Origin: Scenedesmus sp. PABB004
Lineage: Eukaryota
Direction of reading: 5' to 3'
NCBI GenBank assembly: GCA_014905635.1
Contig: JABVCE010000008.1
Span: 248,001 to 312,000, forward strand
Length of the DNA: 64,000 nt
Below, piece by piece: positions 1 to 24,887 of this stretch. The position numbers were made by a program, and so were the translations under genes. The first letter of the stretch is position 1. Every line of letters starts with the position of its first letter. Below the pieces are notes generated by a model, which was given only the letters and a program-made list of their open reading frames with translations, did not search any database and had not been told where the DNA came from.

Positions 1-3000
1 CGCGGCCTCGACCTCTGCCTCGGCGCCCGCACCGGCATTGAGGCGGTCGGCGAAGGCCGGTGAGATGGGACTGAGGCGGAGGTAGCCGCTGTACACCAGT
101 GGCGCAGCGCTCAGCGGTTCGGTGAGGGCCACCGACACGCGGAGCCGCTCCGTCGCGCCCGGCGCGAGCACGAGCGCGGCGACGTCGCGCGTGTCGGCGT
201 TGTTGCGGAAGCCCACGCGCGCCGCCGCGCGCAGCGTGGCCTCCTGGCCGTACCACGCGCCCGCGGTCGACACCGCGAGCGCGGGGTCGTGTCCGAGGCG
301 GTACGCCACGGGGCGGTCCCCCGTGTTGGTCAGCGACAGGCTCACGGTCGACGACCGGCCGGTCGGCAGCGGCAGGAACGCGGGCGCAACGGTCACGGGG
401 TTGTCGATGGCGGATCTCACTTGGATGAGCCCTGCGGGGCGCGGCGCAAAGGGGGCGCGTTGGGGAGGGGCGCGCGCGGCGCGAGGCCGCAGCGGCGCCG
501 CTGCGGCCGGCGAGAGCCGGTCAGAGAGCTAGCGGCCGCGCCGCGCGCCGCCGGGCCCGCCCCTCGGCCCCGCACCCGCGCCCGCCACCACGACGGGGTG
601 CATCCAGCGCTCGTCGCCCTTGACCGCCACGGGCGCGGCGGTGGAGATGAAGGAAGCCTTGGCCGCGTCGAGCACGGCGCGGCCGCCGGCCAGGCCCCCG
701 CGCCGCGCCTGCCGCCAGAGCGCGAGCGCGCCCGACGCGTACGGCGTGGCCCTGGCGGGCGCGCGGCGCGGGGCGCGCGGTGCGCGGCGCGCGGCGGTGA
801 CGCAGCCGCGGCGCCGTGCTCTGCGCGCCGCCGCGCCCCCCGCATGCTTGCCCGCCCTCCTCCTACGCGCGCGCGCGCGCGCGGCTGTCCCCCTGCTCAC
901 ATGCTGGTGCCCTGATAGAGCGCGAAGTTGCCGCCGGGGATGCTGGACAGGATGCCGCCGCCGGGCGCGGAGAAGGTGGGCAGCATCCTCAGGTCGGCGG
1001 TCGGGCCCCAGCTGCTGAACCACGACGGCGCGTCGGCGTTGGGGTTGCGGAAGCGCTTCGACGCGACGCGCGTCACGCGGATGCGCTCGCCGCGCTCGAG
1101 CGCGCGCGCGAGCGCGAGCCCCGTGTCCAGGTCGATGGCAAACTGGACGGCGCGGCGCGGCGGCGGCGTGCGCGTCGCTCGCCGGCCGGCGGCTGGTCGC
1201 ACGCGCGCCGCTCCCGCGCAGCCCGCTCCCGCGCGCCCGCCGCTCCCGCGCGCCGCGCCGCGGTGCGGTGCGCGCACCATCTGTGGCGCGGTGCGGCCGA
1301 CGCTCTCGTCGATGTTGAGCGCCTGCCTGAAGGCGGGAAAGGGCCGGTTGTCGTAGAACACCACGCCCACAGCGCCCGCGGCGAGCAGGAAGGACGCCTT
1401 GTCGCTCTCGCTGGGCGGTGGGCCGGGTGCGCGGGACGGGAGGGGGGGGGTGAGTGAGAGAGAGGGGCGCGCACCGGGCTGCGAGCGGCGGTGCCGCCCG
1501 CGCGCTGCGAGGCGCCGGCCGGCCAGCCCCTCGGCCAGGCCCCGGGCGGCCCCGCCGCCGCGCGCTCACGCGCAGTCGCCGCTCGGCACGAGCGCGATGC
1601 GCCCCGCCACCGACGCCGCCGACACCGGCGCGCACGCGCTGCGCGGGCTCGGCAGCGCGAGCGCGCTCGGCAGCGGCGGCAGGCGGTTGGCCATGAGGGC
1701 GCGCGCGGGGGCGTCGACCACGCTGGTGGCCTCGCCGCGCACGCGGATCGTCGAGTCGATGGTCAGCGCCGCGCCAAAGCTGAGGCTGTTGTCGGTCGAG
1801 CCCACGCTCACAGCGTCGGCCTCGGACGCGGGCGCACCGTACGACCAGAGCCCGTCGGCCCCCGAGTTGCCCGCGGCGGCGACGACGATCACGCCCTGCC
1901 TGCGGCGCGGCGGCGGCGGCGGAGCGCTCAGCGCGCCGCCCCCCGCGCCGGCTCTGGGGGGCGCTCTGCTGCCCGCACGCCCACGCCCACGCACCGCGCG
2001 AGGCGCGTCGTGAACTCGACGCCCAGCGGCGCGGCAAAGTTGGTGCCCATGCTGAGATTGATGATCTGCATGCGGTCACGCACCGCCGCCTCGAGCGCGC
2101 TCAGGAGCCACTCGTTGGTCGTCGTGCCTGGCCGCGGCGCGGCGCGGCGCGGCGACGCGGCGCGGTTCTTGAGTGGCCGCACAGCACGCAGCACGCGCAG
2201 CGCACAGCACGCGGCACGCGCAGCGCACGGCACGCGCCGCACCGTCGCAGGCAAACACGCGGTACGCGCCCAGCACGGCCTCCGGCGCGACGCCCTGCCA
2301 GGGCACGGGGCTGGCGCCGCCGCGCGCGTCTCCGGCGATGATGCCCGCCACGTGCGTGCCGTGCGACCCGCACACATCGTACTGCACGCAGCGCGGGGCG
2401 CCGGGCGGCGAATGAGGCCGGTCAGGCGCAGCGGGGCGCCGCAGCCCGTGCGCGCCGCCGCGAGCTCGCTCGAGCGGCGCAGCCCCGCCACACACGCACC
2501 GTGATCTGGTCGCCGTCGGTAAAGTCGCGCCCCGCGACGACGCGGCAGCGCCCGCCCGCGCCGATGCGGGCGCAGGCGCCAAACGCGGGGTGGGTGTAGT
2601 CGAGGCCGTCGTCGATGACCGCGACGCGCACGCCCGCGCCGCTGTAGCGCGCGTGCGCCGCGCCCACGAGCGTCGCCTCGTCCGCGCCGCCCCACACGCT
2701 CGGCTCAGCGGCGCTGCCGGCCGCGTCGGCGGCGGGGCCGGCCGCCGCGGCGCCGACGGCCTCGTCCAGGGTGCGGCCGCGCAGCTCGTCGAGCGGGGCG
2801 GAGAGCTTGAGCACCGGCCGCACCGCCCGGACCGCGGCGTCGCTCCGCAGCAGCTCCGCCAGGCGCGCGCCGTCCTCGGCGCTGCCCACGCCGACGGCGA
2901 GGCCCGTCATGACGTGGCCAAAGGCGCTCACGCGCGTCAGGGCGATGCCCGCGGCCGCCGCGGCGGCGCGGAGCTGCTCGCCCTTGGCCGCCGCGGCGCC

Positions 3001-3252
3001 GGCCTGCGCCGACCCAGCTGCGTGCGCGGCCTCGGGGTCGTCGCTGCTGCTCAGCGCGGCGACCGCGACGGCGTCGCCCACGACGGCCTCGTCCAGGTCG
3101 ACGATGAAGGATGTGGGGTCCACCTCGGTGTCGAGCACGGCGCGCGTGCGGATGCCGAGCTGCGCCAGCGGCTCGCCGGCCGCCGCCGCGCCGCGCGCCG
3201 CGAGCGCCAGCAGCGCCGCCAGCAGGATAACGCAGCGCGTGTGGCGCGCCAT
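1..3252 (-). CDS. Secreted subtilisin-like serine protease (S8, Vpr/C5a-peptidase-like, probable PA insert); multi-exon, 3' end outside the window
   Basis: Signal peptide [19 protein letters not shown]. Catalytic motifs occur in order across exons: [15 protein letters not shown] (Asp), [11 protein letters not shown] (His), VVAAAGNSG (oxyanion Asn), [19 protein letters not shown] (Ser). Confidence 0.9.
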
Positions 3253-3672
3253 GGAGATCAGCCGGCGGGGGGCGCTTCCAGCGCCTGGCCGGGGCGGTGG
3301 CCTCGACGTGCAGCTGCCAGGCCTGGCAGCAGCTGCCGCTCCCTGTACCTACACCCTCAGCCTGCGGCACGGGCGGTGGGAGGTCTGAGAGAGTCCACAA
3401 AGCTGTCGGTGAGCTGCGCGGGCAGCCCCCGGCGCTGTCGCAGCGGCACCAGCGCGTTCCCGCGCGGCCCCCACCCGCGCACCCGCGCCCGTCACGTGAG
3501 GCTGCGCAGCCCGCGGCGAGCTGCCTGGGACACGGGGTATGGACGAGGAGGGCGGGTGCGGGCGCAGAGGCCGAGTGCGGAGTGCGAGTGAGGGAGAGCC
3601 GGGCGGCCGGGAGCTGCACTGCCGGGCAGTTCGCGCGTCGGGCGCGCCTCCCAAGGCCACGCGCAGCGGCCT

Positions 3673-5336
3673 TTACTCCTCCTCACCCAGAAGCGACCGG
3701 CCGAGCAGGGCGTCGAGGTCGGCCGGCGCAAACGGCGCCTCGTCGCCCGCCGCCGCGAGCGCGAGGCCCTCCCGGAAGCTCGGCGCGCGCAGGCGCCCGC
3801 CCAGCAGCGCCTTCAGCTTGGTGTTGGCCACGCGCTTCTCCTCGAGCGGCTCGCCGCCGGATCGCCGCCGCACGCGCGGCGCGTCCGCCGGCGGCTCTCC
3901 GAGGCGCTGCGCCTGCTGCGCACGCCCCGCCTCCCCCTCCGGCAGCTGCTGCTGCTGCAGCTGCTGCTGGTCTGGCTCCGGCTCCAGCGCCAGCGGCGGC
4001 AGCCCCAGCAGCTGCCGCGCAAACGCCTCCACCTCGCCGCGCGGCGCGGGCTCATCGTCCACCACGTTGACGATGTCCACCCAGCCGCCACTGCCGCCGC
4101 CGCTGCCGGCGCCGCCGCCGCCCGCCGTGCGCCGGGCCATGTCGGCGAGGACCGCCGCCGCGACGTCGGCCACGTGGCAGCGCGACGTGAAGCGCTGGCG
4201 GCCGCGCCGCGCCGCGCTGGCGCTCGGCGACGCCTGCGACTGGAGGTTGTGCAGCACGCTGCGGCGTGGCCCGTAGATGCCTGCGCCGGCGCGCATGGCG
4301 CGGGCGGAGCGTGCACGCGGCGCTCGGCGCGCGCGCTGCTAGCTCGTGCACCGCGGGCGGGCGGGCGGGCGGGCGGGCGGGCGGGGCAGCCCGCCGCTGC
4401 CGCCGCGGCGCACCGCCGAGCCGAAAGATGGTGAGCGGCAGCGACAGCTCGGCGGCCAGCTCCGCCCACGCCAGCTCCGCCTCGCGCCGCAGCAGCCCCC
4501 GGGCCGTGGCGGTGCGCGCCTCCGAGCTGCGGGCGCGCCGCGCGGCGGCGCCCGTCGCGGCGCTTGCGCCGCGCTCGCGCCGCGACGCGCGCCGCCGCGC
4601 AGCGCGAGCACGGGCTGCCGCGCGCCGGCGCGTGCGCGGGCCCGCACCTCTCGTCCACCCAGGCGCCGCCCCAGTCGCCGTACACGCCCGTGCTGCTGAG
4701 GTAGCCCAAGCCCCGGATCGCGCAGCCCCCGGGCCCCGCCGTCGCCGCGCGCAGCGCGCGGCGCTGCGCCGCAAGCACCTGCGGCGCCGGCCGAGGGTGC
4801 CCAGCTGAGCAGGGCCCCGCCGCTGCGAGTCACAGCGCCGTGCCGCGGCGGCCGGGCGCCGCCGCCACACCGGGTCGTACAGCTTGGCCGCGAGCGGCGG
4901 CACGCTGGTCAATACGTAGCTGCTGCTCCGCAGCGCAACCAGGCCGCCATCGCTGCGGCGGCGGGGCGGGGGGCCTCAGGACCGGCTGGGCGCAGCTGGG
5001 CGCAGCTGGGGGAGGAGCCGCGCCGCACGCGGCTAGCGGCCGGGCGCGAGCAGGCGGCGGCGACGCACTCGAGCGGCACGCCGCGCCGCTCGAGGGCGAA
5101 CCGCAGCACCCGGTGCGACGCGCTCGTGATGCCAGCGAAGCGCTCGGGGTCGCGCGCGGTGGAGGTGACGCTGGCGCGCCTGTGGGCGGGCCGGCGGGCG
5201 CGCCACTCGCCGGTGAGCGGCGGAGCGCGCCGCTGCTGCCCGCGCCGCACAGCCCGCACCAGGGGTCGCCCGTGGCCTGGCGCGCGACGGCGGTGGTGGT
5301 GTATCCCAGCCCGAAGATGAACAGCGACGGCGGCAT
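3673..5336 (-). CDS. NAD-dependent epimerase/dehydratase (atypical SDR), spliced
   Basis: N-terminal LFIFGLGY, then YLSSTGVYGDWGGAWVDE, IFRLGGIYGP, SRCHVADVA, NVVDDEPA and EKRVANTKLK before the stop at 3673. Confidence 0.85.
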
Positions 5337-6009
5337 GCCGGCAGCGAGCGGCGGCGCGCGGCGAGCCGGCGCTCGAGTGCTGCCGCTCGAGTGCTGCGGA
5401 GCGCGACCGCGCGACTACGGACCCGCCCCCTCTGTTACCCCGCCCGCTGGAACGCGGCCCCCTCAAGAACCGTGGTCGCCGCCGCCCGCCGGCGGTGCAG
5501 CGCGCGTGCGCGCTGGGTGAACCTCGCAAGGGCGCAGCGACAAATACTCGTCGTCGTCATGCTTGCTGCTGATCCGTCCGTCAAGCCGTGCGTGCGTGAC
5601 ACAGTGCGTGGTGTGGGTGGGCCCGCGCGCGCGGCTGGGGCCGCGCCGCCGCCGGGCCGGGCGTCGCGTCGCGCCGCAGCGCAGGCATGCATGTGAGGGC
5701 AAGTGCATGAAGCCATCCACACGGCGCAAGCACCACACCACCAAACGTCGATGCAGGGAAGGTACAGAAGAGCTCAGCGCTGCGGCGGTGCCGCCCCCGC
5801 CGCCTCCGCGAGCCGAGTGCGGAGCAGTGCCGTGGCCGCGCCGTGGCGGCGCCCCGCGAGAGCTCATCGCGCCGCCGCCGCCGCCCGCCCCCCGGCCGTT
5901 GCAGTCCTCGTCGCCCGCACCCGGGCCCCCGCCTGCTCCTCCTCTTTCTCCTCGCGCCCCGCCGGGCGGGGCCATCCATTCGTCACGCCCGCGCGCGCCA
6001 GACGCCCGC

Positions 6010-13718
<7,709 letters not shown>

Positions 13719-13736
13719 ACGCCCGGTCCGGCGGCG

Positions 13737-15214
13737 CTACCGGCAGAGCTTGCGCGTGCTGGCCTGGGGGCGGCTCGTGACGCCCTGGCGGCCCTTGGTC
13801 GTCGGGCACGCCCTGCACGCGCCAAAGCTCGGGACGCCGCCGCTCGTGCGGATGGTCACGGCGCCGTCGTTGTAGCTGTTCCTGGCGCACACCTCGCAGC
13901 GCGTGGTGTTGGCGTTGTAGCCGTAGCCTGGAGAGAGGGGCCCGGCGGGGGTCGGCGGCAGCGGGCGGCGCGGGCGCGGGCGCGGGCGCCGCCGCCGCTC
14001 CCCCAGCCAGCCCCGCCGCGCCGCGCCACGCACCCGGCTGGCAGATGCACTCCTCGATGCGCGCCGCGCGCCGCGCGGTGATCATGTAGGGCTGCGGGCA
14101 CGCCACGCACGGCGTGAGCGCGCCGCCGGGCGAGTAGGTGCCCTTGCCGCAGACCTCGCAGCGCCGGCTGGTGCCGTTGAAGCCGCGCCCGGGCGCGCAG
14201 CCGCACACGACCGCGCCGTCGCCGGCCGTCGCCGCGCCGCTGGGGCAGGGCACGCAGCTCGGCAGGCCGCCGGGGTTGAAGCTCCCGGCGGGGCAGCGCT
14301 GGCACGACGCGCCGTCGGCCGGCACGCCCTGGCCGGCGGGGCAGGCTGCGCGCGCGGGGCAGGCACGGCGCGGCAGGCGGGGCGTGAGGCGCGAGGATGG
14401 TTGGGAGGTGGGGGGGGGGGGGCAGCGACCGCCGGCAGCGTCGCGCCCGCCTGCCAAGCAGCAAGGTGCCCGTGGTCAGCGCCGCCGTCTCCCCCGGGCT
14501 CGCGCGCCGCCGCCGCGCGCCGCACCCGGCTGGAGGCGGCGGGGCCGGTAGAAGCGGTTCCAGCACACGGCTGCAAAGCCCACAAACGTGTCGCCGCCCA
14601 TGGAGCACTCGGGCTTGACCGCCGAGAGCGGCCAGGGGTCGGCCGTCGCGGCGCTCACGCAGCGGTCGTCCGGCTGCCACGGGTCGCCGCACACGTGCTC
14701 GCCCGCGACGCTGCGCAGGAGCAGGCCCGTCACGCGGCGCAGCGTGGGCTCGTAGCACGCGCGCAGCCCGTACACCGCGTCGCCGCGCGGCAGCGTGAGG
14801 TTGACGACGAGCCGGTTGTTGCCGAGCCGCGGCCGGCACGCGACCGAGGTGCTGCCGTCCTCGAGCTCAAAGTCGAGCCGCGCGATCCAGGGCGTCTCGA
14901 AACCCGGGTCGCTGCTCTCTTGGAACACGCAGCGCACCATGGTGACCTTGGAGTCGCCGCAGGCGGCCTGCCCGTCGAGCGAATCGATCGCGTGCAGCGA
15001 CGCGGCCGCGCCTGGCGCTGCGGCGGCGCGCGGAGGCAGCGGAGGGCGCGCACACGGCGAGGAGCGGGAGCCGTGAGATTTGCAGCACCTGGCGCGGCGC
15101 GGCGCCCCCGCTCGCGCGCCGGCGGCGGCGGCGCGACCCCGCTCAGCAGCGGCGCGCACCTGGCGCCGCCGCCAGCGCCAGCAGCAGCAGCGCCGCCCAG
15201 GCGCCGCCCTTCAT
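13737..15214 (-). CDS. Secreted protein: putative jacalin-like N-terminal domain plus ephrin-receptor-like (GCC2/GCC3-type) Cys-rich repeats
   Basis: Signal exon MKGGAWAALLLLALAAAP; domain exon ending FVGFAAVCWNRFY; repeats CQRCPAGSFNPGG..CVPCPSG, CEVCGKGTYSPGG..CVACP, CEVCARNSY; TAG at 13737-13739. Confidence 0.75.
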
Positions 15215-15637
15215 TCTGACGGCCCGTACATCAGCGCGTCCCGACAGCGCTCCAGGGGCCCGCCCCGGCCCCGGGCGGCGCGCTGGCGGGCCCGGGATGC
15301 GCGGGCCGCCCCCTGGCGCGGCCGCGGCTCGGCGCAGCGCTGCAAGCTGACGAGCTGCACGAGCTGGTTTGCCGCGTCACTCCGCGCCAGGCGCTCCAGC
15401 GAGCAGTCCGCTCCTTCCCGCCGGGTTCTCGCGGCAGCGGCGGCGTTCGCGGCGGGCGCGCGTGCGACGGTGAGCTTGTCTGCCGGTGTCCACGAGCTGG
15501 CCGTGCGCGGTGTGAGCCGTCCGGCGACTGGCGGCGGCCCGGCGAGCGCGTTCGGACGCCGTGACGCCGCGGGCTGACTGCCGCCCGCGCGACTGCCGCA
15601 GCTCTGCCGCAGCGGCGTCCCCCTGGCCGCTGGCAGC
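15035..15637. repeat. ~600-bp inverted copy of 28560-29164 (promoter, signal-peptide exon, most of intron 1)
   Basis: The reverse complement matches 28560-29164 almost exactly, including CAGAATGAAGGGCGGCGCCTGG and GTGCTGCAAATCTCACGGCTCCCGCT. The ORF track shows near-identical translations at 15080+ and 28643-. Confidence 0.95.
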
Positions 15638-15648
15638 GGCGCCGCCAG

Positions 15649-15881
15649 CTAGGGAAACACAGATTGAGAGGCAGGGCGGGGCGCCAGGGCGCGGCGGGGC
15701 GCGCTGGCGCGCCCGACGCCCGCCCTGGTCGCGGCCAGCCTGCGCGGCGGACGCGGCGGGCGCGTCCCGGGCGGGGAGGGGCAGCGCACCGCCGCGCGGC
15801 AACGACACCCGCCCCCGGCGCCGCGGGCGCCCGGCAGCTTGCGGCGCTGCGCCCAGCGCGCACGGCCGCCTGCGCCCGCAT
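15649..15881 (-). pseudogene. Truncated duplicate of the PFO 5' end (transit-peptide exons only)
   Basis: Same exon 1 and start of exon 2 as PFO. The reading frame leaves the repeat at 15672 and ends RPASQSVFP* at 15649. Confidence 0.65.
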
Positions 15882-16411
15882 GCTCACCCAAGCGTGAGGG
15901 CGGGCATGGCTCCTGGCGGCGGCGAGGCGGCCCTAGATCGGCGACCGCGCCTCCCGCGCGCTCAGATCAGCGTGGCGCCGCTGCGGGTGGCTGCGTGGAG
16001 CGTGCGTGCTCCGGGCGTATCGCAGAGGTCGGCGGCGGCGGCTCGCGCGGCCTGGGCAGCCTGCACGTATCGGAGAGCAGCTGCGCGCGCACGCGGGTGC
16101 GCTGTGTGGGCGTTTGCTGGTTCCGGCAATCAGTCTTGCTCGCGTGGAGTGAGGAACGCCCGTCGTGCTGCCCTTTTCAGGGGCGCGGGGCCTCCGCAAA
16201 GCCGGGGTTTGTGCCGCCAAAATTCGTTACACGACCATGCTGCGCACTGCATGAGCGCGCCCGCCGTGACGCAACGCCCACCGCGGCGCGCGCAGCAGCC
16301 GTCGCGTGGGCCGCTGCCGGCCGCCGCCCGGCAGCCGCGGGGTCGGCGAGCGGCGGCGGCGCGCTCACACCCACTCCTCCTCGTCCATCGCGTCCTCATC
16401 CCCGCCGACCA
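15672..16411. repeat. Copy B of the ~740-bp direct repeat
   Basis: Matches 12979-13718; contains TTACA at 16227-16231 and the stop of the 16365-17174 ORF. Confidence 0.95.
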
Positions 16412-17174
16412 CGCCCGGGCCCAGCAGCTCCTCCTCGCCAGCCGCGCCCGCCACGCCAGCGCCGGCGGCGTCGCCCGCGTCGCCGCCCTCGCCGGCCACG
16501 CGCGCCCAGCCCGCGAGCTGCGCCGCGAGCAGCGCGGGGTCAGCTGCGATGCGCGGCGCGGGCGCGCGCGCCTGCGGTGCCTGGTCCTGCGGCGGCTCGC
16601 CGTCCACGGCCTCAGGCGGCTGCTCCGCCGCAAAGCGCCGCGCCGCCGCCGCGTCGGGCCGCCGCCGCACGAGCGGGCGCGGGCGCAGCGCCGGCGCCTT
16701 GGCGCCGGGCGGCGCCGCCTGCTCCAGCTGCTGCTGGTCGGCCGCCTGCAGCTGCAGGTCGGCCGCCGTGGAGGTCAGCGCGACGTGGATGCGCTCCGGG
16801 TGCTGCTCCGCGCCCGGCTGCTGCTGCTGCGCCGCCGCGGCGCGCGGGGGCAGCTGCTGCTGCCACGGCTGCGGCGCCCCGCCTCCCAGCGCCAGCGACG
16901 CCGGCTTCACCGCCAGCGCGCCGCCCCTGCGAGCGAGGTCAGGGCGGGCGCAAAGGTCAGGGCGGGCGCGACGCGGGGCGCCCCCGCCGGCCGCCGAGCG
17001 CTGCCGCGGCGGCGGCGGCGCCGGCGGCCCGCACCGCGGCATCGCCGCGGCGGCGCGCAGGTGCGCGATGGCCAGGCCACGCGCGTGCAGCTGCACCGCC
17101 GCGGCGTGGCGCTGCACGTCGAGCAGGTGCGCCGCCTCGGCGTCGGGCTCGTGCGCGGGCGCGTCCGGCAGCAT
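16365..17174 (-). CDS. Hypothetical 269-aa single-exon protein with acidic C-terminus; putative second cistron after VMA21
   Basis: ATG at 17174 opens MLPDAPAHEPDAEAAHLLDVQRH...GGDEDAMDEEEWV*. Composition (Ala/Gln/Glu/Pro) resembles real exons here, and TGTAA follows at 16231-16227. Confidence 0.6.
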   Translation of the reverse strand: MLPDAPAHEPDAEAAHLLDVQRHAAAVQLHARGLAIAHLRAAAAMPRCGPPAPPPPRQRSAAGGGAPRRARPDLCARPDLARRGGALAVKPASLALGGGAPQPWQQQLPPRAAAAQQQQPGAEQHPERIHVALTSTAADLQLQAADQQQLEQAAPPGAKAPALRPRPLVRRRPDAAAARRFAAEQPPEAVDGEPPQDQAPQARAPAPRIAADPALLAAQLAGWARVAGEGGDAGDAAGAGVAGAAGEEELLGPGVVGGDEDAMDEEEWV

Positions 17175-17178
17175 CGCC

Positions 17179-17737
17179 TCAGTCGCGCTTGCCCGCCGGC
17201 TTGCTGCTGCCGTCGCCCTCGCGCAAGGCGACCACCACAAAGCTCGCGATCACCTGCCGCGCCGGCGGCGGCGGCTCAGCTCGCGCGCCAGCAGCGGCGT
17301 CGGCAGGGACTGCGGTCGCCGCCGCGCGCGCACCAGGTTGACGGCCAGCACCGCCAGGCCCGCGCCCAGGTACGACTTGACCTCCCGGCTGGGCACCTTG
17401 CGGCCGGCGAGCGAGAAGAGCGCTGCGGGCGCGCGGGCAGCGGCACGCGCGTCGGGCTGCGCGTGCGCCGCCCGCAGCGGCTGCGTGCGTGCCGCCGGCG
17501 CGCCGTCGCGGTCCCGATCGCGCGCTCACGGTCCAGGCCGCCCAGGAAGGCCGTGAAGAAGGCGCCAAAGGGCAGCACCAGCATGAGCAGGCTGTGCACG
17601 GCGATGTTGAGGACCGTGCTAGGCGCCACCGCAGGCGTGGGCGGCCCAGCGCGGCCCGAGGGCACCGAGTCCGAGGGCTCCACCGGCTCCGCGCGCTCCT
17701 CGCTCGCAGGCGGCTGCCGGGACGCGCGCAGGGCCAT
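17179..17737 (-). CDS. VMA21: VMA21-like V-ATPase assembly factor
   Basis: Three in-phase GT-AG exons (17737-17530, 17422-17334, 17253-17179) give two hydrophobic helices, HSLLMLVLPFGAFFTAF and YLGAGLAVLAVNLVIASFVVVALRE, and a C-terminal GKRD resembling an ER-retrieval signal. Confidence 0.8.
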
Positions 17738-18060
17738 CACGCAACCTGCGCTGCCATGCGGGTGCGCTGGTGGGCGCGGGGCGGGTCGGGGCGGCGTGGC
17801 GGGCGTGGTGTGCGATCGGAGGGGCGGGGCGAGCTCTCCGGCGCGCGTTGCGGGCGGGCAGCGGAGCGGGCGGGGCGCTGCTTTTCTGCGCCCTAAGGGC
17901 CTTGGCGCATGCCAGGCGCTCCCGTAGCGATCCAGGGACCTCACCTGCGGAGGCTGCCAGCGAATGAGGTTGCCAGCTTGCCGCACGTCCTGATCGCCTC
18001 GCGAGCGGCGCCCGTGGCACGCGTCACAGGCACAGGCGTCACCAGGCCGCAGCCTGATAG

Positions 18061-24608
<6,548 letters not shown>

Positions 24609-24887
24609 CCCATTGGTGTGTGGAGCTGGGCTGTCGCGGCGGCGGCGCGTGCAAACGCAGGATGGCGTCCCTTGAACCCCCGCAGCGCGCAGCTCGCGGC
24701 GGGCGGCGCGTGGGGCGGCGCGCGGCGCGCGCCGCCCACACCGACGCGACGGGCTCGTGCAAGTGCAAGCCTCCTACTCTGCAGCGCCGCCCGCCGCGCG
24801 TTGTTGTGGTCACAGCTGCTCCAGCAGCAGCGACGCCGCCTCACCCCTGGCCCGCGCGAAGCCGCTTCCGGGCGCCGGCGCGCCCCC

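Noticed and set aside
5500..5780. AT-richer patches that might be a snoRNA or other ncRNA
   Set aside because: No convincing C/D or H/ACA box pair; more simply the PFO 3' UTR.
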